Position numbers and translations under genes: made by a program
Notes under the pieces: generated by a model
Databases searched by the model: none
The model's input: the letters and a program-made list of their open reading frames with translations, nothing else
Told to the model about the DNA's origin: nothing
Source of the DNA: Patescibacteria group bacterium
GTDB taxonomy: Bacteria; Patescibacteriota; Microgenomatia; UBA12405
Assembly (NCBI GenBank): GCA_023380755.1
Contig: JAMCSD010000004.1
Coordinates: forward strand, 1 to 36,577
Reading direction: 5' to 3'
DNA: 36,577 nt
In this document: positions 8,390 to 17,898 of the stretch, in pieces
How the letters are laid out: every line of letters starts with the position of its first letter
Numbering within the stretch: the stretch's first letter is position 1

Positions 8390-10514
8390 ATTAGGAAAAA
8401 TAATCCTGATTGGGGCCGGAGTAATTATACTGGGAGGAATGGCCGGACTGGCGGTTATTTTAAGGGATTTGCCGAACCCGACAATGCTAAGCAGCGGTAA
8501 TTATCCGGAATCGTCATTGCTTTATGACCGGAATGGGAAATTACTTTACGAGATGTATTCAGATAAAAATCGGGTACCGATTAAACTCTCGGATGTACCG
8601 GATAATATGAAAAAGGCCACTCTGGCAATTGAAGATGCCCGGTTTTACAGTCATGGAGGATTTGATTTTTTGGGTGTGGTCCGGGGTGTTTACCGGACAA
8701 TTTTTTTACGCCGATTGCAAGGTGGATCAACATTAACTCAACAACTGGTGAAAAATGGATTACTTACACCAGAAAGAACGCTGAGCCGAAAGGTGAAGGA
8801 GGGGGTGTTAACCGTGGCCACAGAGTTAATGTACAGTAAGGATCAAATTTTAGAGATGTATTTCAATCAGACACCTTATGGAGGCACTTTGTGGGGAGTG
8901 CAAGCGGCGGCCCGGGGTATTTTTAATAAAAACGCTAAGGATCTGGATTTGGCGGAAGCAGCATTGTTAGCCGGTTTACCCGGATCACCAACCCTATACT
9001 CCCCTTTTACGCATCCGGATTTAGCTAAAAAAAGACAAGAGTTGGTCTTAACGAGAATGGAGGAATTGAAAATGATTACGAAGGAACAACACGATAAAGC
9101 GTCAGCAGAAAAACTGGTTTATAACTTGTCTTCGGGAAGTATTAAGGCCCCACATTTTGTGTTTTATGTGAAAGACCAGTTGGTAAATACTTATGGAGAA
9201 GAGAAGGTGGAGCAAGGGGGCCTAAAGGTGACTACCAGCCTGGATTTGGATTTACAGAACTATGTCCAAACAGTTGTGGCCAGCGAGGTGGGAAAACTGA
9301 AGAAAATGAAAGTAAGCAATGGAGCGGCATTGATTACCGCACCAAAAACAGGAGAAATTTTGGCTATGGTAGGGTCAAAGGATTATTTTGCCGATGATAT
9401 TGATGGAAAATATAATGTGACCACAGCCCTGCGACAACCAGGATCATCAATTAAACCATTAAATTATGCGACGGGAATTGAAACCGGAAAGGTGACGGCA
9501 GCATCGGTGTATATTGATGAACCAACCTGCTTTGGGGTAGAAAATCTGAAGAATTATTGTCCAGGTAATTATGGCGATGCTTATCATGGGGTGCAAACCT
9601 TACGGACATCGTTAGGAAATTCGTTAAACATCCCAGCAGTAAAAACATTAAAGTTGGTGGGGGTGGAAACATTCATTGCTTCGGCATCCGCTATGGGGAT
9701 TAGTACATTTAAGGATCCGGCAAATTACGGCTTATCCCTAACTTTAGGCGGAGGTGAAGTCCACATGACCGACATGAGTGTGGCTTTTGGGGTATTGGCT
9801 AATTCCGGAATCCGGCAAGATTTACATTCGATCTTAAAGGTGGTGGACAAGAAGGGTAATACGGTTGATGAATATGTTCCCACGTTGGGAAAACGGGTGT
9901 TATCACGGGAGACAGCTTTTATTATTCAAAATATTTTGTCGGATGATGGAGCGAGGTCAATGGTTTTCGGGGCCGGGTCGCTTTTGAAAATTAAAGGCCA
10001 CCCAGAGGTAGCGGTAAAAACAGGCACAACCAACGATATGCGGGACAACTGGACAATAGGATTTACGCCAGATTACGTGGTCTTGGTGTGGGTGGGAAAT
10101 AATGATAATTCTAAAATGGGTTCAATTGTTTCAGGGACGACCGGGGCGGCGCCGATTTGGAACAAACTAATGAATAACCTCTTAAAGGATAAGGAGGCAC
10201 AAAAATGGATCCAACCAGCGAGTATTGTGGGGATGAACGTCTGTAACTTAACTGGAGAACTAGTACCAGACGGAGGGTGTGATAGCCACTATGAATATTT
10301 TAAGCCGGATATGGTACCATCAGAGAAATTACCGGTAAGGCGGTCGATTTTAATTGACAAAGATACCGGACTACCGGTACAACCGGGAGAGCAAAAAACC
10401 AACGTCGAGCCTCAAGACCATTTGGTGGTCGAGGATGTGACTCATTCGATCATGTGCCTGGACTGCCCGCCGGTTAACCCATCGGTGACACCAGCTCCTT
10501 TGATGGTCAACTAA
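8340..10514 (+). CDS. Class A bifunctional penicillin-binding protein (transglycosylase-transpeptidase), paralog 1
   Basis: GT51 motifs EDARFYSH, GGSTLTQQL, RKVKE; transpeptidase SSIK, SLN, KTGT. Confidence 0.95.
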   Translation: MTSIKKKAVKLRNRHFKLGKIILIGAGVIILGGMAGLAVILRDLPNPTMLSSGNYPESSLLYDRNGKLLYEMYSDKNRVPIKLSDVPDNMKKATLAIEDARFYSHGGFDFLGVVRGVYRTIFLRRLQGGSTLTQQLVKNGLLTPERTLSRKVKEGVLTVATELMYSKDQILEMYFNQTPYGGTLWGVQAAARGIFNKNAKDLDLAEAALLAGLPGSPTLYSPFTHPDLAKKRQELVLTRMEELKMITKEQHDKASAEKLVYNLSSGSIKAPHFVFYVKDQLVNTYGEEKVEQGGLKVTTSLDLDLQNYVQTVVASEVGKLKKMKVSNGAALITAPKTGEILAMVGSKDYFADDIDGKYNVTTALRQPGSSIKPLNYATGIETGKVTAASVYIDEPTCFGVENLKNYCPGNYGDAYHGVQTLRTSLGNSLNIPAVKTLKLVGVETFIASASAMGISTFKDPANYGLSLTLGGGEVHMTDMSVAFGVLANSGIRQDLHSILKVVDKKGNTVDEYVPTLGKRVLSRETAFIIQNILSDDGARSMVFGAGSLLKIKGHPEVAVKTGTTNDMRDNWTIGFTPDYVVLVWVGNNDNSKMGSIVSGTTGAAPIWNKLMNNLLKDKEAQKWIQPASIVGMNVCNLTGELVPDGGCDSHYEYFKPDMVPSEKLPVRRSILIDKDTGLPVQPGEQKTNVEPQDHLVVEDVTHSIMCLDCPPVNPSVTPAPLMVN
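9405..9458 (+). repeat. 54-bp exact direct repeat, copy 1 (PBP paralog 1 SxxK region)
   Basis: GGAAAATATAATGTGACCACAGCCCTGCGACAACCAGGATCATCAATTAAACCA, identical to 11730-11783. Confidence 0.95.
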
Positions 10515-10538
10515 GAACGAGTATAATCGGCCAGGGGT

Positions 10539-12647
10539 ATGAAAGGAGGATTTTTGAAGCAGGCGAAAATTCGGGTAATTCGTAGTATTCGGGGGGTGTT
10601 ACGGGTGGTGGTTCGAGGATTAATAGTATTGGGCTGGCCGCTTTATAAAGTATTGTTCGGCGTTAAGAAAGGAATTAATAAATCGTTTAACTATCGGAAG
10701 GCAGCAATTTATTTGTTGTTATCTAGTATTTTGGTGAGTTTATCGATAGGAGGGATATTTTTCTACAGAGAAATTTTAGTGGACCTGCCTCAAGTAACCA
10801 AAATTGATATTCCCCCAGCAATGTCTACCAAGTTATTAGACCGCAACGAGAGATTGCTATATAAATTTTATACTGGGGAAAATCGGACCTGGATACCCCT
10901 GTCGAAAATTCCCCAATCACTAGTCTGGGCAACTATTGCCATTGAGGACAAGGACTTTTACCAGCATCCCGGGGTGTCTCTGAAGGGAGTAGTTCAAGCG
11001 TTAATTTATGACTTTAAAACCCACGGAGATAATGGCTTAAGAGGAGGGTCCACCATTACCCAACAATTAGTAAAAAATGTCTTTTTAAGTCAAGAAAAAA
11101 CTTGGCAGAGAAAGATGAAGGAAGTATTGTTGGCTTTTTTGGTCGAATGGAAATTAGATAAAAATCAAATTTTGGAGCGGTACTTTAACCAGGTATCGTA
11201 TGGTGGAGAAACTTATGGGGTGCAAGAGGCGTCATTACGGTATTTTGGGAAAAATGTCTGGGAATTAACAATGGCTGAATCGGCTTTCCTAGCAGGAATT
11301 CCGGCAGCACCGACTACCTATTCGCCTAATGGCCCGAATAAAGATTTAGCTTTTGCCCGACAGCGACACGTATTGGATGAAATGGCAAGCTCGGGATTTA
11401 TTACCCCAGAAAAGGCGGAGGGACTGAAAAAGGTACCACTAAATTTACGGGAAGACGCCACAGTGATGCGCTATCCCCATTTTGTGTTTTATGTCAAAGA
11501 TTATCTGGTGAACCGTTTTCAGTTAACTAATCTAGACCGGGCCGGATTGACAGTAGTGACCAGTATTGATCCAATAATTCAGGAAGAAGCACAACGGATT
11601 GTAAAAGAGGAAGTGGATAAAATCCGGTATTTGCGTATTAGCAACGGGGCGGCTTTGGTTCTGGATGTAAGGACTGGAGGTATTTTAGCGATGGTCGGAT
11701 CAAAAGACTATTACGCAACAGATATCGACGGAAAATATAATGTGACCACAGCCCTGCGACAACCAGGATCATCAATTAAACCAGTAAATTATTTGTTGGC
11801 TCTAGAAAGGGGGCGGACGCTGATTAGTACAATAGATGACTCGCCAATAACCTATGAGATAAAAGGACAAAAGCCTTATACACCACAAAATTATAACGGG
11901 AAATTTATGGGGACGGTAACTTTGCGGACAGCTTTGGCCTCATCACTAAATGTACCGTCAGTAAAACTCTTGGCAGAAAATGGGGTGGAAAACATGGCCA
12001 GGTTGGGCCAAAGTATGGGGATTACTTCCTGGAATGACAGCAGCCGCTGGGGGTTGTCGCTGGCGCTGGGAAGTAATGAGGTGAAAATGGTAGATTTGTC
12101 CCAGGCATATTCGATTTTTGCTAACATGGGCAGCAAAATTGAAATTAATCCCATTGAGCAGATAAAAGATTTTAACGGTAAGGTGTTATGGCAAAAAAAT
12201 AACGAGGGGCAACAATTAATTGCCCCTGTCTATGCTTATTTGATTAATTCGGTTCTGAGTGACGACAATGCCCGGGCACCAATATTTGGGCTAAATTCAA
12301 AACTAAATATTGACGGCAAAACAGTCTCGGTAAAAACAGGCACCACAAATAATTTAAAGGATAACTGGACGATCGGCTGGACTCCAGATTATTTAGTAGC
12401 CACGTGGGTGGGTAACAACGACAGTACGCCAATGAGCTGGGTGGCATCGGGAGTCACCGGAGCATCCCCTATCTGGAACAAAATCATGACAGAGCTGCTA
12501 AAAAATAAGGCGGATAAACCATGGGTGATGCCGGCTGGAATAGTAGAAAAAAATATCTGCGGGCGGGATGAATATTTCGTGATGGGAACTGAAAATAACG
12601 TGGCCTGCCCAGTAACACCTACCGGAACGCCAACACCAAGGCCGTAA
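10539..12647 (+). CDS. Class A bifunctional penicillin-binding protein, paralog 2
   Basis: EDKDFYQH, GGSTITQQL, RKMKE; SSIK, SLN, KTGT. Confidence 0.95.
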   Translation: MKGGFLKQAKIRVIRSIRGVLRVVVRGLIVLGWPLYKVLFGVKKGINKSFNYRKAAIYLLLSSILVSLSIGGIFFYREILVDLPQVTKIDIPPAMSTKLLDRNERLLYKFYTGENRTWIPLSKIPQSLVWATIAIEDKDFYQHPGVSLKGVVQALIYDFKTHGDNGLRGGSTITQQLVKNVFLSQEKTWQRKMKEVLLAFLVEWKLDKNQILERYFNQVSYGGETYGVQEASLRYFGKNVWELTMAESAFLAGIPAAPTTYSPNGPNKDLAFARQRHVLDEMASSGFITPEKAEGLKKVPLNLREDATVMRYPHFVFYVKDYLVNRFQLTNLDRAGLTVVTSIDPIIQEEAQRIVKEEVDKIRYLRISNGAALVLDVRTGGILAMVGSKDYYATDIDGKYNVTTALRQPGSSIKPVNYLLALERGRTLISTIDDSPITYEIKGQKPYTPQNYNGKFMGTVTLRTALASSLNVPSVKLLAENGVENMARLGQSMGITSWNDSSRWGLSLALGSNEVKMVDLSQAYSIFANMGSKIEINPIEQIKDFNGKVLWQKNNEGQQLIAPVYAYLINSVLSDDNARAPIFGLNSKLNIDGKTVSVKTGTTNNLKDNWTIGWTPDYLVATWVGNNDSTPMSWVASGVTGASPIWNKIMTELLKNKADKPWVMPAGIVEKNICGRDEYFVMGTENNVACPVTPTGTPTPRP
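11730..11783 (+). repeat. 54-bp exact direct repeat, copy 2 (PBP paralog 2 SxxK region)
   Basis: Identical to 9405-9458. Confidence 0.95.
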
Positions 12648-12663
12648 AGAGCAATTAGATAAC

Positions 12664-12693
12664 AGGAATTAGGAATTAGGAATGAGGAATGAG
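12664..12693. repeat. Intergenic heptamer tandem repeat (AGGAAT[T/G]) x4
   Basis: AGGAATT AGGAATT AGGAATG AGGAATG AG between PBP paralog 2 and the DHH gene. Confidence 0.85.
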
Positions 12694-12704
12694 AAAATAG
12701 ATTC

Positions 12705-13718
12705 ATGAATAAAAAGATAGCAGCGGAAATTTGGCAGGAAATTCAAAAAGCCAAGCGGATTCTGTTACATCTCCACCCCAGCCCAGACGGAGACAGTCTG
12801 GGGGCGGCATTGGCGATGTGGTGGATGCTGCGGGGATTAGGAAAAGAAGTGGACCTTATTAAAGGCGATTCAAGCCCGCCAAAATACTTGTCATCATTAC
12901 CCGGCTTTGGAGAGATTAAGCTGTGGCATTACGATGAGGTGGAAACCGATAAGTATGACCTGTTTATTATTCTTGATTCCATGGATATTACTCGGGTCAG
13001 CAATTTTGGAACAGTGGAATTTCCCAACAAGTTAATGACGGTAGTCATTGATCATCATGCTTTAAACACGCGTTTTGGAAAAATAAATTTGGTTGACGGG
13101 AAACGAGTTGCTACCAGTGAGATCTTGTTTGACTTATTTACCGGGTGGAAAGTGCCCATTACCAAAGAAATGGCCATCAACTTAATGGTCGGGATGTACA
13201 CTGATAGCGGAGGGTTTAAATATGAGCTGGTCAACTGGAAGACATTTAGAGCAGCGGAAAAATTAGCTAAAATTGCCCCTGATTTTACCCGTTTTATTTT
13301 TGAACTGGAAAATAACAATGAACCTGACCGGATTAAGTTTATAGGTTTGGCGTTGAACAATATTAAGCTTTATTTTTCCCACCAGGTAGCAGTGTCGATG
13401 GTAAGTTTTGAGCAATTACAACAGGAACAAATTGAAGCAGGCAGTATCGATAAGGCTTATGTATCGGGAGTGTTGAAATCGGTAAGCGGCTGGAACGTGG
13501 GAATAGCCATGGCGGAAAAAGATAAAGGGGTGGTGGGAGTCAGTTTGCGAACCCGGGATCCAAACAAATGGGATGTGGCCAAAATTGCCTTAGCCACCGG
13601 GTTTGGCGGAGGTCACGCCACTGCTTCCGGAGCAACGATAAAATCCACAACCGAGGAAGCAAAAGATTTAATTTTGGGAAAAATTAAGGAGTTATACCCT
13701 GAGTTGGGGGAACCTTAA
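12705..13718 (+). CDS. nrnA: DHH/DHHA1 phosphoesterase (NrnA-like nanoRNase/pAp phosphatase)
   Basis: HPSPDGD, LDS, IDHH, TDSGGF, SLR and GGGHATASG motifs. Confidence 0.85.
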   Translation: MNKKIAAEIWQEIQKAKRILLHLHPSPDGDSLGAALAMWWMLRGLGKEVDLIKGDSSPPKYLSSLPGFGEIKLWHYDEVETDKYDLFIILDSMDITRVSNFGTVEFPNKLMTVVIDHHALNTRFGKINLVDGKRVATSEILFDLFTGWKVPITKEMAINLMVGMYTDSGGFKYELVNWKTFRAAEKLAKIAPDFTRFIFELENNNEPDRIKFIGLALNNIKLYFSHQVAVSMVSFEQLQQEQIEAGSIDKAYVSGVLKSVSGWNVGIAMAEKDKGVVGVSLRTRDPNKWDVAKIALATGFGGGHATASGATIKSTTEEAKDLILGKIKELYPELGEP

Positions 13719-14353
13719 CGATCGACGAGATTCCAATAAATGGTGCTGACGAGCTTCGGAAGGTAGACGGAGAGGTCTGGCGATTTGTCTGTATTTTTAA
13801 TAATAAGGAAGATCTGTTTCTGCGGTAGGCGGATGAGGTAGGCGGCGAGGAGGCCGTTAGTGGTATCGATTTTTTCGGCGACGGGAAGATCCTGAGGGAG
13901 GGCGGTGGCAATGGCAGTGGAAGTAGACGGAGCCGCCGAAGAGAGGGCGGCAAAAAGATTACTGGCTTCGAGACTATCAAAATTACGGGACCAGATAAAA
14001 GGCAGCTGACCATTGGGGCGCAGTTCAGTATAAATCGACCAAACTCCGGGGCTGTGAATGATAAGAGGATTAATTTCACTATCGAGACTGGTAGTGGGAG
14101 CCAGTTGAGGAACAGAAAGGGTGGAAAGAGAGAGATTGACAGTCGGCAATAGAGAACGACCGGCTAAAAGCCGGCGATGAATTTCCCGATAAAGGAAAAG
14201 GGAAAGGCAAAGCAGGGTGGTTAGCCCTAGAGTAATAATGACAAATAAGCGATTAAGATGCTGTTTTTGGGGATCGGCTGACTTTTTGGTTTTACCCGCA
14301 GTTTCATCTTTTTTGGATTTTGGTTTTGGGACTTTTTCTTGTTTGGGAAGCAT
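13715..14353 (-). CDS. Membrane-anchored hypothetical protein, possibly a degenerate class A beta-lactamase-like fragment
   Basis: Basic N-terminus and one TM helix; IATALPQDLPVAEKID resembles the IxAGLPxxVxVAHK(T/I)G segment; no SxxK found. Confidence 0.55.
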   Translation of the reverse strand: MLPKQEKVPKPKSKKDETAGKTKKSADPQKQHLNRLFVIITLGLTTLLCLSLFLYREIHRRLLAGRSLLPTVNLSLSTLSVPQLAPTTSLDSEINPLIIHSPGVWSIYTELRPNGQLPFIWSRNFDSLEASNLFAALSSAAPSTSTAIATALPQDLPVAEKIDTTNGLLAAYLIRLPQKQIFLIIKNTDKSPDLSVYLPKLVSTIYWNLVDR

Positions 14354-15287
14354 AAGCAGGATGACGAGTGATCTCCTTTAATGTTAGCAGACCAGGCTTG
14401 GCACCTAAGAAGGAAACCACGGAAGCCGAATTTTTAATAGCCCAGTGAAGCGCGGTGGGTAAATCACAACCATGAATAAGGGCGGCGACGAAGGTAGAGC
14501 CGAAGCCGTCGCCGGCACCTGTTTCATCAACAGGTTGAGTGTTAATAATGGGAGAATAATAATCTTGGGTGGCTAGGATGTGGGCACCGTCACGGCCTTT
14601 GGTGACCGCGACAATCGGCGAGCCAAGGGCTTTTAATTTTTGCCAAAAATTGGGATCAGAATAATCGCTGTGGATAATAGTTTGAGCTTCGGTTTTATTA
14701 AGAAGTAAAAAATCGACAAAAGGCAGAAGGGGCTTGAGCAGTTTAGGCTGGGCTAATTCCCGATTGCCGGGATTGAGGCTAATTTTGAGGTGATGCTCCC
14801 GGGCAAAGCCAATGATTTTTTCGAGAAGATTGAGGTTACCCTCGAGAGAAGTAATATAAAGCCAACGAGTGGATTTAAGTGAGGACCAGGCGAGATGTTT
14901 TTCCTGAAGACAGGTGGAACCACGATTGGTGAGAATGGTACGGCCGCCATCAGGAGCAATAAGGACAACAGAAAAATCAGAGCTGTTTTTTTCTTGGCTA
15001 ATCAGCGAAGTATCAACATGGTTGGCAACCAAATCCTGATAAACGTAATGGGAAAGCGGATCACTACCAACCAAAGAAACGGCGGCACTTTTTAGGCCCA
15101 AACGGGCAAAAGCAACAGCAGAATTAGTAGCTCCCCCACCAGAACCAATAAAGCTCTGAGTGATTTCAGTCTTGGCGGAGTAAGGTAAGACGAGCTCCTG
15201 ATGAGAAACGGAAAAATCGTTGGATTTAACAAAAATATCAACCGTAGCCGCACCGATGGAAATGACATCAAATGAATGAGTAAACAT
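14304..15287 (-). CDS. PfkB/ribokinase family carbohydrate kinase
   Basis: GGGATNSAVAFARLG (signature 1) and DETGAGDGF (signature 2). Confidence 0.92.
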   Translation of the reverse strand: MFTHSFDVISIGAATVDIFVKSNDFSVSHQELVLPYSAKTEITQSFIGSGGGATNSAVAFARLGLKSAAVSLVGSDPLSHYVYQDLVANHVDTSLISQEKNSSDFSVVLIAPDGGRTILTNRGSTCLQEKHLAWSSLKSTRWLYITSLEGNLNLLEKIIGFAREHHLKISLNPGNRELAQPKLLKPLLPFVDFLLLNKTEAQTIIHSDYSDPNFWQKLKALGSPIVAVTKGRDGAHILATQDYYSPIINTQPVDETGAGDGFGSTFVAALIHGCDLPTALHWAIKNSASVVSFLGAKPGLLTLKEITRHPAYASQTRKSPKTKIQKR

Positions 15288-15296
15288 AGGAGGCGT

Positions 15297-16121
15297 CTAG
15301 GAAAAAGAAAAATTAATTAACTTTTGTTGGATGGTGGCCGCCAGGTCAGAAATCACGGGAGTGAGAAGGTCATAGAGCTTATCAGAAGTAAGGCCGGCAA
15401 GGTGCTGTTGTAAAGAGGTTTTGAAAACATGACGCAAGTCAGTATTGATATTAATCTTAACAATGCCGGATTTGATGGCGGCTTGAATCTGATCGAGAGG
15501 AATACCGGAACCGCCATGGAGAGTTAAGAAACTGGTGGGGAGCTCGGCGCGGATAGCTGCCAGCTGGGGTAAGTTGAGATTTTCGGGACGGTCGGCGACA
15601 GCACCATGACGATTACCAATGGAAACCGCCAGGAAATCCGCAGCGGTGAGGCTTAAAAACTTCTTGGCCGCAACAGAGTCAGTCAAGACAACGGCATCAG
15701 GACTCTCGGTCGGTTTGATAGCATCGAATTCAACCTCGACTAAAGAGTGATAGTAATGAGCATAATCGACTAAGTCTTTGGCCAACATTTGATTGGTGGC
15801 GAGGTCGAGCTTGGAACCATCAAAATGAACCATGTCGAAGCCCAGGCGAAGGAGGGTTTTGAGCCGGGCACAATCGGCACCATGGTCCATATTAAGATAA
15901 AGCGGTAAGTTTTCGAGGCGAGCTTTTTGGACTAACAGAAAGAGGCGTTCGGCTCCAATAAAAGCGTCTTCACCAGCAGAAAGTTGAACTAAACAAGGCA
16001 GATTAGTGCGACGGACAGCCAGCTCGACAGCCTGGTAAACTTCAAAAGAATCAATGTTAAAAGCGGGCAAGGCTTGACCGTGGGATTGGTAGTCATGGAG
16101 CAGGTCGATTAATTTTTTCAT
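15297..16121 (-). CDS. fba: Class II fructose-bisphosphate aldolase
   Basis: DHG, FDGS, IGNRHG, LHGGSG and KININT motifs. Start at ATG 16121 overlapping the upstream TGA (ATGA). Confidence 0.9.
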   Translation of the reverse strand: MKKLIDLLHDYQSHGQALPAFNIDSFEVYQAVELAVRRTNLPCLVQLSAGEDAFIGAERLFLLVQKARLENLPLYLNMDHGADCARLKTLLRLGFDMVHFDGSKLDLATNQMLAKDLVDYAHYYHSLVEVEFDAIKPTESPDAVVLTDSVAAKKFLSLTAADFLAVSIGNRHGAVADRPENLNLPQLAAIRAELPTSFLTLHGGSGIPLDQIQAAIKSGIVKININTDLRHVFKTSLQQHLAGLTSDKLYDLLTPVISDLAATIQQKLINFSFS

Positions 16122-17047
16122 AATTTTTGGCTCATTAAAGCGCGGGCGGCTTCCAAAAGGTGGGCGGGCCCTAATCCATAATAATTCCAAAGTTGTCGAT
16201 AATCAGCAGCTGACTGGCCAAAGGTGTCCCGAACAGAAAGGTGCCGAAACTTTACTTTAAGACCAGAGGAGAGCAGTAAATGGGCTAAAGCTTCACCTAA
16301 ACCACCATTTCGCTGATGGTCTTCAATAACTAGAAGACGTTTGGTTTTTTTGAGGCTGCGAAGGATCGTTTTGGGGTCGAGAGGCTTAAGGGAAGAACAG
16401 TTGATAATTTCCAAGGAGAATTTTTTAAGAGAGAAGGCTTGGGTCAGAATGGGGCCATAACCGCAAACAGTAATGTCTTTACCTTTCTGTAAAACGACTG
16501 ATTTGCCGATGGTAAACGGAAGGGAGGAAGAATATTGGGGGGAAGGCGGTCGGACAAGGCGGAGATAGGCAGGATGATGGCTGCGAACTAAAACTTTAAC
16601 CATCTGCTGACATTCAGAAGAGTCAAGAGGGGCAAAAACTTCCATATTGGGCAGTGAGCGCATGAGGGCCACATCTTCAAGCATTTGATGGGTAGCACCG
16701 AGGTCGGCAGACATTAAGCCGGCATGAGAACCGATAATTTTGACATTGGCGTCGTTTAGACAAACCGATTGTTTGATAACCGCCCAATTGATGGCCGGAG
16801 AAAAACAGGCAAAGGAGGTCAAAAAAACAACCTTGCCCGTTTTGGCTAAACCGGCCGCGACTGCCGCAGCATTGGCTTCGGCGACCCCGCACTCAATAAA
16901 ACGTCGAGGATATTTTTTGGCAAAATCGGTTAAGTACAATGACGACTTGAGGTCGGCATTGACGACATAAATGTCTTTGTGAGTTTTGGCTAATTCGGTA
17001 AGAGTGCGGCCAAAAGCTTGCCGGAGGGAAGTCAGATTAGGTTCCAT
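16118..17047 (-). CDS. tkt: Transketolase, C-terminal subunit (split transketolase)
   Basis: ADL, ECGVAEAN, GATHQMLED, YLRL and IEDH motifs; start at ATG 17047. Confidence 0.9.
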   Translation of the reverse strand: MEPNLTSLRQAFGRTLTELAKTHKDIYVVNADLKSSLYLTDFAKKYPRRFIECGVAEANAAAVAAGLAKTGKVVFLTSFACFSPAINWAVIKQSVCLNDANVKIIGSHAGLMSADLGATHQMLEDVALMRSLPNMEVFAPLDSSECQQMVKVLVRSHHPAYLRLVRPPSPQYSSSLPFTIGKSVVLQKGKDITVCGYGPILTQAFSLKKFSLEIINCSSLKPLDPKTILRSLKKTKRLLVIEDHQRNGGLGEALAHLLLSSGLKVKFRHLSVRDTFGQSAADYRQLWNYYGLGPAHLLEAARALMSQKL

Positions 17048-17855
17048 AATCGGGATTGAGGCGGTTGATAACTGATTCAAGTTCGGCAGCGGTTCGCTGG
17101 TACAAGGATTCATCCATCACCTTGATGTCGTGGTAGTGATAATCATATTGGAAGGCGCGAACGCCTTTGCCGAAGATGGTGTTGGCAATAATACAATTAG
17201 GATAGGTAGAATCGGCAGCTTTCTCGAGCGCGGTCGCAATTTGACGGAAATCATGACCATCAACGACGGTAACCGTCCAGCCAAAGCGAAGATACTTAGC
17301 AGCTAGATCATCAAGGGGCATGATGTCCTGAATACTACCGTCAATTTGATATTTATTATGGTCGACGAGATTAATGAGGTTGCCAAGGTGGTACTTGGAA
17401 GCAAACATGGCGGCTTCCCAGACCTGACCTTCCTGGTGCTCGCCATCAGAAGTCAAGCAAACAGTGGTCCGGTCCCGGTCGCCAACGGCAAGACCGCAAG
17501 CAAAGGAGAGCCCCTGACCGAGGGCACCAGAAGCATACTCAACTCCCGGGGTGTCTAAAGAAACATGCCCCTGAAGCGGGGAGCCAAGCTGGGCATAAGT
17601 GGACAGTTTATTTTTGGGAAAGAAACCAGCGTGGGCCAAAACCACATACAAGGCCGGGCAAAGATGGCCGGCCGAAAGGATAAAATGATTATTTTTAAGC
17701 AGGCCGCCAAAGTAAACGGCAATGATCAGGTCCAACGAAGACAGCGAGCCGCCGATGTGGCCGCCGCCAGCATCGTGAATAAGGTTGAGGAGATCAAGCC
17801 GAAGCTCGTAAGATAATCGAACTAGTTCCGGGTACTTTTGGGCAGAGAAGAGCAC
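17037..17855 (-). CDS. tkt: Transketolase, N-terminal TPP-binding subunit
   Basis: GHIGGSLS, LSAGH, LQGH, GALGQG and SDGEHQEG...N TPP motif. Confidence 0.92.
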   Translation of the reverse strand: MLFSAQKYPELVRLSYELRLDLLNLIHDAGGGHIGGSLSSLDLIIAVYFGGLLKNNHFILSAGHLCPALYVVLAHAGFFPKNKLSTYAQLGSPLQGHVSLDTPGVEYASGALGQGLSFACGLAVGDRDRTTVCLTSDGEHQEGQVWEAAMFASKYHLGNLINLVDHNKYQIDGSIQDIMPLDDLAAKYLRFGWTVTVVDGHDFRQIATALEKAADSTYPNCIIANTIFGKGVRAFQYDYHYHDIKVMDESLYQRTAAELESVINRLNPDYGT

Positions 17856-17898
17856 AATTTAGTATAAAGCTTTTTTTGGTTTGTGCTACAGTACCCAC

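Noticed and set aside
12664-12693. CRISPR-like array
   Set aside because: 7-bp units without spacers; no cas genes.
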